DNA of 64,000 nt from Lama guanicoe. Taxonomy: Eukaryota. The position numbers were made by a program, and so were the translations under genes. The stretch is from assembly GCA_013239625.1 (NCBI GenBank), contig MU056000.1:13975787-14039786 (forward strand), written 5' to 3'. The notes beneath the pieces were generated by a model. That model did not search any database. It was given only the letters and a program-made list of their open reading frames with translations, and had not been told where the DNA came from. Below, piece by piece: positions 52,999-64,000 of this stretch; the stretch's first letter is position 1, and each line of letters starts with the position of its first letter.

Positions 52999-55228
52999 AT
53001 CACATCAACAAGAGAAAGGACAAAAACCACATGATCATCTCAACTGATGCAGAAAAAGCATTTGATAAAATTCAACACCCATTTATGATAAAAACTCTCA
53101 CCAAAGTGGGTATAGAGGGAGCATATCTCAATATAATAAAAGTTATATATGACAAACCTACAGCAAGCTTAGTACTCAATGGTGAAAAACTCAAAAGCTT
53201 CCCACTAAAATCTGGAACAAGACAAGGATGCCCACTATCACCACTCCTATTCAACATAGTCTTGGAATTTCTAGCCACAGCAATCAGGCAAGAGAGAGAA
53301 ATAACAAGGATCCAAATTGGAAAAGAAGAGGTAAAAGTGTCACTATATGCTGATGACATGTTACTATATACAGAAAACCCTAAAAGGTCCATACAGAAAC
53401 TACTAGAGCTGATCAAAGAATTCAGCAAGGTAGCAGGTTACAAGATTAAAGTTCAAAAATCAGTTGCATGTCTTTACACTAACGACGAAGCAACAGAAAA
53501 AGAAAGTAAAGAAACAATCCCCTTTAAAATAGCACCCAAAGTAATAAAATACCTAGGAATAAATCTAACCAAGGAGGTGAAAGAATTATACACAGAAAAC
53601 AATAAACCACTGATGAAGGAAATTAAAGAAGTCTTTAAAAAATGGATAGATATCCCATGCTCTTAGATTGGAAGAATCAATATTGTTAAAATGGTCACAC
53701 TGCCCAAGGCAATCTACAGATTTAATGCAATCCCTATCAAATTACCCAGGACATATTTCACAGAACTAGAACAAATCATAACAAAATTTATATGGAACCA
53801 TCAAAAACCCAGAATTGCCAAAGCATTACTGAAGAGAAAGAAAGAGACTGGAGGAATAACTGTCCCAGACTTCAAACAATACTATAGAGCTACAGTCATC
53901 AAAACAGCATGACATTGGTACAGAAACAGACATATAGACCAATGGAACAGAATAGAGAGCCCAGAAATGAACCCACAAACTTTCGGTCAACTAATCTTCG
54001 ACAAAGGAGGCAAGAATATACAATGGAATAAAGACAGTCTCTTCAGCAAATGGTGTTGGGAAAACTGGACAGCAGCATGTAAAACAATGAAGCTAGAACA
54101 CNNNNNNNNNNNNNNNNNNNNNNNNNNNNNNNNNNNNNNNNNNNNNNNNNNNNNNNNNNNNNNNNNNNNNNNNNNNNNNNNNNNNNNNNNNNNNNNNNNN
54201 NNNNNNNNNNNNNNNNNNNNNNNNNNNNNNNNNNNNNNNNNNNNNNNNNNNNNNNNNNNNNNNNNNNNNNNNNNNNNNNNNNNNNNNNNNNNNNNNNNNN
54301 NNNNNNNNNNNNNNNNNNNNNNNNNNNNNNNNNNNNNNNNNNNNNNNNNNNNNNNNNNNNNNNNNNNNNNNNNNNNNNNNNNNNNNNNNNNNNNNNNNNN
54401 NNNNNNNNNNNNNNNNNNNNNNNNNNNNNNNNNNNNNNNNNNNNNNNNNNNNNNNNNNNNNNNNNNNNNNNNNNNNNNNNNNNNNNNNNNNNNNNNNNNN
54501 NNNNNNNNNNNNNNNNNNNNNNNNNNNNNNNNNNNNNNNNNNNNNNNNNNNNNNNNNNNNNNNNNNNNNNNNNNNNNNNNNNNNNNNNNNNNNNNNNNNN
54601 NNNNNNNNNNNNNNNNNNNNNNNNNNNNNNNNNNNNNNNNNNNNNNNNNNNNNNNNNNNNNNNNNNNNNNNNNNNNNNNNNNNNNNNNNNNNNNNNNNNN
54701 NNNNNNNNNNNNNNNNNNNNNNNNNNNNNNNNNNNNNNNNNNNNNNNNNNNNNNNNNNNNNNNNNNNNNNNNNNNNNNNNNNNNNNNNNNNNNNNNNNNN
54801 NNNNNNNNNNNNNNNNNNNNNNNNNNNNNNNNNNNNNNNNNNNNNNNNNNNNNNNNNNNNNNNNNNNNNNNNNNNNNNNNNNNNNNNAAAAAAAACAAAA
54901 AACAAACAAACGAAAAATAAGAACCATAAATACAAAACAGAAACAAACCCATAGACATAGAATACAAACTTGTGGTTGCCAAGGGGGCAGGGGGTGGGAA
55001 GGGACAGATGGGATTTCAAAATTGTAGAATAGATAAACAAGATTATACTGCATAGCACAGGAAAATATACACAAGATCTTATGGTAGCTCACAGAGAAAA
55101 AAATGTGACAATGAAAATATATATATATATATATATATGTTCATGCATAACTGAAAAATTGTGCTTTACACTAGAACTTGACACAACATTGTAAAATGAT
55201 TATAAATCAATAAAAAAAGTTAAAAAAA
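52999..55228 (+). mobile_element. Young 5'-truncated L1 (RT region to poly(A)), interrupted by an assembly gap
   Basis: ORF2 stays in one frame from 53031 to 54101 ([24 protein letters not shown]) with two stops. The 3' UTR has AATAAA and an A tail. Candidate target-site duplication atttcac at 52992-52998 and 55229-55235. Confidence 0.95.
54102..54887. other. Assembly gap (786 N)
   Basis: Run of N inside the young L1. Confidence 1.
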
Positions 55229-55840
55229 ATTTCACTACTTACATGAAATAGAATTGGAAAAAAAAAAAACTGCCAGTAAATCACTGTTGTCTTCCATACA
55301 CTTAGAAAAAATTTTTTTCAATTAGTCGTTTGTTGTTCTCTTTCAATATTGGAATTTAAAAAATACATTGTAGGACAAATTGAGATTCAAATCACTTATT
55401 AAAGTTCCTACAAAAGAGGCACTTATTTGTCATAGAAGCACTAATTTTATAATTTGGAAAAATAAATATTTTCCAGGTTAATTGTTTAGATTTAGAATTT
55501 TAAAAAACTTGGGGTAGAATTTATTTTTTCTTGAAAAACTATGAAACTTTAACTCAAAATTGAAATAGTAGTAATAGATTTAATCAATAAGGAGGACTTA
55601 ATTTTAATTAATCAAGACACACTAAAAAAAATTCACATTAAACTAAAATGAGTATTTTTTGTATAGACATGAGAAAAGCAATATTGAGTAAGAAAGATTA
55701 ATAACATTAAGATAATTATAAACCTATTTTTTTGTCATTTAAACATTAGTAAATGTGTTTACACTGCTTTAGTTTATACTTAATATCATGGTATAATTTA
55801 TAACATCAAAATTCAGCTAAATATGTCCATGAAAATATAC

Positions 55841-56436
55841 CTTAACCCAAATGTTGGTAGCAGCACTATATACAATAGCCAAGACATGGAAGCAACCTAA
55901 ATGTCCATCAACAGATGACTGCATAAAGAAGTTTTGGTATATTTATATAATGGAATACTATTCAGCCATAAAAAGAATAAAGCCATTTGCAGCAACATGG
56001 ATGGACCTAGACATCATCATTCTAAGTGAAGTAAGCCAGAAAGAGACAGAAAAATACCATATGATATCACTCATATGTGGAATCTAAAAAAAGAAAAAAA
56101 GAGGATAGTGATGAACTCATCTACAAAACAGAAACAGATTTGCAGACATATTAAACAATCTTATGGTTACCAGGGGAAATGGGTGAGAAGAGATATATTT
56201 GGGAGTTTGAGATTTGCAAATGTTAGCCACTACATATAAAAATAAATTTTAAAAACCCCAAATTTCTTCTGTATACCACAAGGAACTATATTCAATATTC
56301 TGTAATAACCTTTAATGAAAAAGAATATGAAACACAAATATATGTATATATATGCAAGACGGGGACATTGTGCTGTACACCAGAAATTGACACATTGTAA
56401 CTGAGTGTACCTCAATTATAAAAAATAGAAAAAAAA
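55841..56436 (+). mobile_element. L1 ORF2 C-terminus, 3' UTR and A tail (5'-truncated)
   Basis: Peptide AALYTIAKTWKQPKCPS...YHMISLICGI*; 3' UTR homologous to 12252-12579. Confidence 0.93.
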
Positions 56437-58629
56437 TACTACTGCTATACTTCTAGCCAAGAACAGCCACAATATTTTCTTAAATCTTGAACACAAACTT
56501 GAAGAATTACTTCTCCCAAGAGATCTGAATAGTTGTCCTTCATATGAAACCTTTTTGATCACATAAATTCAACCACTCACCTTTTGTGCATTTGTGACCC
56601 TTGAAAACATTGAAAAAAATACAACCTTGTTTACATAACATTCTAGTTTCTTGCCATAGTAAAGTGAAAATTTTCAAGGTTTATTTCAAGATCTCTGAAC
56701 TCTTACAAGACATTTTATAAAAGATGAAATACAGAAAATAACAATATAAAGAAAAAATATTCTTATGGGAACATGAAGGCATCCGAAACATAAACAACAG
56801 AACATCAGGAAAAGTTTTAGTTATTTCTTAAAAATACGTAAGACATGATCAGGGACAAAATTCTGATGGGACTCAGCTAGATTCAACAAATTAAATCATT
56901 TCAAAACTGCTTTTTTAGAGCTTTTATAAAAAGGAGTAAAAATACATTATCAAAATATGAAAAACACAGCTTTGGATGGTTCACACTTCATTAGTAAATT
57001 ACTAACAGAAGCAGCAGAATGAGTTGCATAGAGACAGTTGCATGTATGTATGAAAATGTTTCTTTATGTCTCTCGACATATCATTTTAGCACCTACAAGA
57101 AAAGATTTGTCATTTAAGAAGCAGATGCCTACAAAATATAGATAGAGAAGTCTGTTTCTCATTCTCCAACTTTGCATCAATCCGTGACCAAAGCCCAACA
57201 AAGCAAAGCAACAAATTCATTGAACAAATGTTTCTAAAACCTTTCCTAGAACACTCGTGTTATTAAATTAACAAAAGGTGAGATAATTTTAATAGCTGTT
57301 GCTATACTATGTATGAATTATAATTCTATATATTATAAATATAATTAATTAAAAACACTTGGTGAAAAGGGTTCAGATTTCTAACATCTAATTTTAGAAA
57401 GAGATTACAATAGTGACAGTTGGCTTTTATCTTCAGGATATATTTGCATAATCTTTCATATTTTTAGTGAGGTTAATTTGAAATTATTTTCTTTTGCATT
57501 AAACGTTCACATATACAAACAGTTAACTGAATTTTTTTAAATAGGCATAGTATATAGATCAGCAACAGAAGTATGTAAAAGAAATAGTGAAGTTGTCAAT
57601 CTAAAGCATCTGTTAAAAATTATATGCTCTATGCTTTATATAGTCAATGATAAATAATTCAGATAAAAGAAAATGCCAGTAACTTTACGGCTTTAGATTT
57701 TAAAACTTGAATCTGGCTCCACATTTATAAAGTTTTTAGGATTAACATATCACTTAGCATACAAGTTTCAGAAGTTATATCTAATTAGAAAATAAATGTG
57801 CAAAGCAATCAGTGAATTGTAATTTAGTGGTATTTATATTGTTGTACAGGGTAGTCAAGGTTACATCAAAATATTATAAAAAAGCATTTGGATTATAAAA
57901 ATCACTGATAATATTTAGCTTGAATTTTAATAACTTAGATGATCATTTTATTAATGGCATTTTTAATCTCTCATCTGGCCTGGTGCAATCTTGAAATGGA
58001 AGATTCCACGTAACACTAATGGAAACCTGTCACAGTAGCATTGAGTCAACTGATTAATACTTTATATGATTATGATGAGGCCCATTTGTGGAGCAACAAA
58101 GTGATACGCTCTCAGGATTACCTCTGCTCTGTCATACCTATTCTCAAAAATCCAGCTCTGTGTACAACATACACGGCAACAGAGGTGGAGCTTGCGAGAA
58201 AACACTGGCTATAGTCTTGTTTTGCTTAATAGGTGGGTTTAAGATTCCGGAAGAACACACCTTTTGGAAGGCAAAGAATGATGAATAAGTGAGTGAGTGA
58301 GTGAAGAAATGAGTAAATGAATGAAATAAATGAGCAGGAATGGTTATATTAAAGATCGAACTCTTAAGACATGGAGGGAAAGCTGAGACAGATAATCGGG
58401 TTATACAGATAATCAGAAGAGAAACCTGTTATCTTTGAGTGTGGGCAGCAATGAGACATTGAATGAAAGGGACTGGGAGCCGAACATGGAAAGTGGAACA
58501 TTCTGGATACAGACACAGTACTGACTTAGTAACCAGTAAAATATCACATTGTAAGTTTAGCTCGCTATTATATTATCTCTCAAGATTTTCATAGTTTTTT
58601 TTCTTGTGTCTGTGTGTGTTGGAAAGTTG

Positions 58630-58780
58630 TTTTTTTTTTAATTGAAGTATAGTTGGTTTACAATGTGTCGATTTCTGGTATGCAGCATAATGCTTCAGTC
58701 ATACATGAACATACATATATCCACTTTCATATTCTCTTCACCATGTTACTACAAGATGTTGAATATGGTTCCCTGTGCTA
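58630..58780 (-). mobile_element. L1 3' tail on the minus strand
   Basis: Poly(T) followed by aattgaagtatagttggtttacaatgtgtc...gttccctgtgcta, the reverse complement of the 12252/55841 3' UTR type. Confidence 0.88.
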
Positions 58781-60689
58781 GTTTTTTACATGAAAATATG
58801 TAAAATTATATGGAAGGCAAAGTTGATTTTAGTCATCTGTAGCTCAGGAATAACTCAAAGACAAAAAGAGAAGGGTCTTATTATAACACACAGTGGAGGT
58901 AATATACTTTCAAACTCATGAGATTTTGCAAAGTGAGTGATTTTTTTTATGCTGAAGGAGAGATATTATACTGTCTGTCCTAAAGCAAGAATAAAAAAAA
59001 AATCCTTATGTATCTGATCACATAATAATGCAGGGTTAATTAATTGTTCTTTAGAGAATAGAAAAGGGGAGGAGAATGAAGAAAGAAAAAAAAAGGAAGC
59101 AGTCTCCCAAGTGAAGGGAAATGAACACTTTACCGGCATTACTTTAATAAACTGTCTGTCTTACTGTTAAGGAGCAACCTATGGCACTTAGAAAGCTGAT
59201 GTGACTCACACGAATTCCCCCTAGAAAACTGTTCACCCTGGACCAAATTAGGGTAGAGTCCTAAACATTCATAGCTCTCACTCTAATGCAGACTTCCGCA
59301 CCGAGATAATAGTCTCTCCTTCAGGGAAGAATAACTTTAAAAGTTTAAGAAAATGGTGTTAGAGCAATTAATTTTGAAAATTGCTTTTAATTAGTACTTC
59401 CATATAGGTTGTTGACTTAAAATTGTAATATTTTAGACTACACAGTTTATGCCTTTTTTGTGAGCAGGAAACTTGTATTTACAAAATTCCAGCAGAAACC
59501 AAAGCGACAGAAATATTATATAGTAATTTCACTATTATCATTTTCTCCAATATATAAAATACAAGTGATGCTAAGTGAGAAAAATGTGAGGATTGTAGGA
59601 AAGACAAGTCATTGAAACGTATGCATAGTTCATTCCAGAATGTGTTATATTTTAAATTATAATCAGATAACAAATTTAATCGAACAATAAGTAATTGATG
59701 TGAAGAAAAAACATAACAAACAATAATAGCCTATTGGTAATTAACACATCAGTCTCTTCGTGCACAAAAGGACTATATAACCATGAGTTTTAATTATGCG
59801 TCAAATAATGTATAAAAACTTATGTTAAAAACAGTATCAATTAAGTGCTTTGTTCAACCTCAAAGCTAATGCTAATCAATTAAAAGGTTAAGAAATTAGA
59901 AGGAGGTAAGAAAATAACGTTTGTGTTTGTTTAACTAGAAACGTCCGAGGTCTTTGCCCACATGCAAAGGTCTCATGTTAAAGTTTAGTTTCTAGTTTTT
60001 AACTGTTTAATTTGTGTTCTTAGAGAAAGAAACTAGTGAATGAAAAGGAGAAGAGGAGCAGGAGGCAACATCGTTTAATTATTATATCCTCTGAATCCCG
60101 GATGAGGGGTGTTAGTACACAGGATAAAAAACTGTGAAATATTTCTGAAGTTGTCATAATTCCACACCCATCAGCTCTATTTTAGAGAGCCCTAGTCACG
60201 AGTGACAAATACTCAAGCACTGAAGGACACAAACAATAGTTGAGAATTTCACTACTAGTTGTTGGGAAGACTCAAAAAGTGACCAATCGATTAGAACTGG
60301 AGCGAGATATACAAGGCACAGGAGTACACAGTCTCTATCAGAATTAATGCCTTCTTTTATCTCCCAATCAGGGACTAGTTGAGAAAGGGGTGGCTCTGGT
60401 TTTAAAGAAAAAACAAATCTCAGTGTTCTAAAACATTACTACAATTCCAGAAAAATATGGCCCAAACCAATGCCTACACATTCAAGTGTGTTGTGATTTC
60501 ACCACCATTAAAACTTGGCCGTTACTGTTCATTTTAGTCCCTTTTTCTCAGGTAAGAAAGCAGTAATTGCATATTGAAGAGAGGTGGAAGAAAGATGGAA
60601 GTGTGAGTGCCTTCAGTCCTTTGGGAAATGCATCTGACAATAAAATGTAAGATCAGCACTGGATCCAGCAATCACTTGTAGGAGTTTGT

Positions 60690-61650
60690 TCATCCAACAG
60701 ATATTTTTTTGGAATATCCACCATGAGCCAGTCATGATACTCAGTATTTAAACACATCACGGAACAAGAATGCAGAGATCCCCGCCCTGGTAGAATCTAC
60801 ATTCATTCCAGTGGCAAAAAGCAGATAACTCGACTGATACATAATATGCAAGACTCTCACTTAAAAAAGGAAGGAGAGAAAAGGTAGAGATGAAGTAACA
60901 TTAGAAGTGGTTGGGGTGGTACGTAATAATTGTGATATTAAATAAAGGAATATGGTAGGTAGAATAGTTGTCTCTCAAAGATGTCTATGTCTTTATCCTG
61001 AGAGTCTTTGAATATGTTGCTTTACATGGTGGGGAAATAAAGGAATTTCACAGATGTGATTGAAGTAAAGGTCTCTTGAGTTGAGGAAATTACTTTGGTT
61101 CCCTTAGATGGGACACATCTGATCATGTGGGTTCTTAAAAGGGAAGAATCTATCCTAACTGGGTCAGAGAGAGAGAGAAATGGAAATATGAGAGGGATTC
61201 AGCACCTGGTTGCTGGTTCTGAAATGTAAGAGACTTTGTGCGAGTCCCAAGAGAGGTGTCTAGAAGCTGGAAAAGCCAAGAAAATGGATTCCTCCCCAGA
61301 GATCACAGAAAGAATGAAGCGATACCTACACCTTGATTTTAGCCCAGTGAGAGCTATGCTGAATTTCTGACCTACAGAGCTGTTAGAAAAAATAAAAAGT
61401 GTTGTTTTAAGCCACTAATTTTGTGATAATTTGTTATAGCAGCAATGAGAAACTAATCAAGCGGTCAGATAAGGCCTATTGAAAAGATGACATTTTAGCA
61501 ATTTCTTGAAGATGGCGAGGGATTTAGCCAAATGTGTATTTCAGGAAAGAGCATCTTAGAAGGGGTTAAAAAAAGAGCAGAAGCATCAAGTTAGGAACAT
61601 TACCAGCAGGTTCCAGAAACAGTGAAGAGGCCAGTGTGACCAGAGCAGCA
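60690..61650 (-). mobile_element. L2 fragment split by an MLT1D insertion
   Basis: Antisense L2 3' end at 60690-60830 (catccaacagatattt...atgagccagtca...ccccgccctggtagaatctacattc), resuming at 61462-61650 (ggtcagataaggcct...gatgacattt...gaggccagtgtgaccagagc). Confidence 0.65.
60951..61459 (+). mobile_element. MLT1D-like MaLR solo LTR
   Basis: tatggtaggtagaata...caaagatgtctatgtc...ctagaagctggaaaagccaagaaaatggattc...ttttaagccactaattttgtgataatttgttatagcagcaatgagaaactaatca. Confidence 0.88.
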
Positions 61651-62739
61651 CAGGCAATTGGAAGGTGGACCAATCCACCTTGAAATTTTGGATTTGTGTC
61701 CCTGCCTATCTTACATGCTCCTCACTTAAGCTCTGTCACTTCTGCATCTCTATTCAGCTACGCCTCTGGTCTGCATCAACACAGGCCTTGTGTTTCTTCT
61801 GGTTTAAAAACCAATTTGATGTCATTTAATAGAAGGAAAAATTTATTGCAACCCCACTGCGTGTCGAGAAATGTGCTGAGATGAATCAGTGTCCACTCTT
61901 CTCAAAAATGTTTAGTGCACTGAGCAAGAAAGATCACGGGATCTGCAGAGTAGTTAATGTTCTGACAGAGGCATGAGGCCAAACTAACTTTCTCTTGTTG
62001 GGAAGTTTTTCCAGAGGAAGAGACACTGAGTCTCAATTTACATTTCTTTATCTCCGTCCCTACAAAAGGATGAAAGTTCTTCAAGATACTTTTTAATTGT
62101 CATCAACATTTTTTCTGTAATCATTTGCATTCTGGATTTAACCCCATCACTCAACAGAAAGTATTCTAAGATCAGCACACACATCCTAGCTGTTGAAAAT
62201 GTTATTAAATGACGTTTTTTTTAAAGGAGAGGGCCAATTTAAGAACATGACAATGCTAACACAAAGTGCAAAACTCTCTAATATTGAGTCCTCACTCGGG
62301 AAATGCAGCATGTGGGAATGGTGAAGATTTTTTAATGAAATAAATTGTAGAATGAGGGACAGTGAGGAAGAGAATATAAGCTATCTTGCTAAGTTTTTCT
62401 GTGCAGGAATATGAAGTTAATCCACCCAGAGCTGAGCCCACATAGCTGCACATTGAAATAAAAATTCTGCAGTTTGCTATTGTGCATAAATTTTCCTCTC
62501 AGTTAAGCTTGCTAAGAATAGAAATGTTATTCAGAAATTTTTGAATCATAAACTCCACATTACTCAGTCATAAGCCTGAACTCATTTGAGATCTTCTGTT
62601 GTCTTTCTTATCAGGTTGAATAATCAGAGCTCCCCTACCTCCACTTAATCACTCGAGATTAAATCACATGCATTGATGCTGAGTTTTCTTGATTTCTCCT
62701 CACTAAAGCTTTCTAAAATCTTTTGATTCTACCTCCTTA

Positions 62740-63390
62740 AAATTGCCCAACTCTCCACCCCACCAGCGTCCATCACAGTTACCACTGAGTTAATTTGCAC
62801 TCTCATACTTTCTAATTTAGATTATTGTATTTATCCCCTAAGTGTTCCCATTATCTCTTTCTGTTTCTGTTCCATCCACATTCTATTCACACTACAGTTC
62901 AGCATGTGACTTCTAAAATTTGCATTTGATCGTTTCAAGAACAAACCACTTGAGAGCTTCCCACAGCCTTCAGATGGAATACCTCTCCATCTGGCTCATG
63001 TCTGCATGTCCAACTTGATCTACTCACACTTTACCATTGACACTAAATTTCAGCCAAACCAAACGAGATAATCTGGCTCCCAAAGAGCCAGGCTGTCCAC
63101 ACCTGATCCCCTTCAAACTCAATCTTTTCTGGTTACCCGCCCAGAGATAGGTAGTTTCCTATATGTTGTGAAGTTTCCTTTGAATTTTTCATTCAAATAA
63201 GTAGCCATTCCTTTGTGATGCCAAAGAACCCCTTGCTTGCCTATATTCATCACTTAACCACATATTGCCATATTTTCAAGAAATGCCCCACCTCTCCTAC
63301 TTTACTTGACTCTCATTGATGGCAGGAGATGAATTTTATATATTTTCATGTCTCCAGCACTCAACATGCATCTGATCTCCAAGGACTATT
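62740..63390 (+). mobile_element. Degraded L2 body
   Basis: Pyrimidine-rich sequence with L2-like blocks (tccacattctattcacact, cttctaaaatttgcatttgatc, ggcaggagatgaattttatatattttcatgtctccagcac). Confidence 0.55.
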
Positions 63391-63726
63391 ATTTAAGAAT
63401 GAAATACGATCATTGAAATTTTCATAAATAAATTCATGATATATTATAATGTATCAAATAGGAAGCAAAGAAATTAAAATTATAAACCAGAGTCAAAATA
63501 TTAAAATAATACCAAACGGAAGTTGGCTTGACAGGAGGGAAGAGATCTAAAAGCAAAGAGTGAAGAGATAAATACTTTAAAAACTGGGTTTTTTAATCTT
63601 AATTCAGACAACTGACTATTGAAAGCAAAATTAGTAATATTGTAAGATGGGTTTTATAAGGTAATTTGACTAAAAGATATGGCAGAAGTGGAAAAAAATG
63701 GAATGGGCAGATAAATATATTCATGC

Positions 63727-64000
63727 TGTTGTAAACAAAGACTGTTGCTCACCAACCAATCCAGCAAGGATGAAGTCAGTAGCTGCTGCAGGAGCTGACC
63801 GACCATGCACCCTGGGACCTCAGGATGCACAGAAAACAGGATGAGGCCATCTGTGCTTTGGAAAAACAGGTCCTTAGATAGTTAGATGTATATCTCAGGA
63901 GGAATTTTAATGAACCCAGATTCTTATATCTTCTCGTATATAGAAAAACATTAAAATCAATTGAGATACCTGTTCTTTGTAACTACTGGTAATTTTTTAC
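63727..64000 (+). mobile_element. Probable ERV LTR, cut off by the window edge
   Basis: Begins with TG and shows an abrupt compositional change, with U3-like sequence (ccttagatagttagatg, aggaattttaatgaacccagattctt). Family not assigned. Confidence 0.45.

Noticed and set aside
53031..53666. Reverse transcriptase ORF (YADD) as a novel RT system such as a retron or DGR
   Set aside because: Ordinary L1 ORF2 in a 5'-truncated element with stops, a 3' UTR and a poly(A) tail.
53967..55092. Long 317-349 aa ORFs
   Set aside because: Artefacts of the 786-N gap.
273..62084. Remaining 60-150 aa ORFs in the track
   Set aside because: No recognisable domains, low-complexity composition, and many overlap repeats; consistent with chance ORFs.

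Overview
AT-rich, CpG-poor mammalian genomic DNA, read here as an internal part of the type II classical cadherin gene CDH18 on the minus strand. Two coding exons are recognisable: 52409-52703 (295 nt, most of EC1 and the EC1-EC2 linker) and 24544-24663 (120 nt, first part of EC2, missed by the ORF track). Both have canonical AG/GT splice sites and join in frame across a 27,745-nt intron. The rest is intronic and full of transposon relics. These include a near-full-length, 3'-truncated L1 (about 36.5-41.2 kb), a young 5'-truncated L1 with an assembly gap (53.0-55.2 kb), many L1 3' ends, MaLR/ERV LTRs, Tigger and Charlie DNA-transposon MITEs, MIR and L2. The L1 3' UTR style and the lack of Alu, Bov-tA, PRE1 or SINEC elements suggest a cetartiodactyl, possibly a camelid (inference only). 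I found no evidence for a new biological system. The most unusual structures are a self-templated inverted copy at the broken 3' end of the long L1, an exact A-B-B-A-B micro-duplication, and a dense TGACA motif cluster. Repeat family names come from recalled consensus sequences and most repeat boundaries are approximate.
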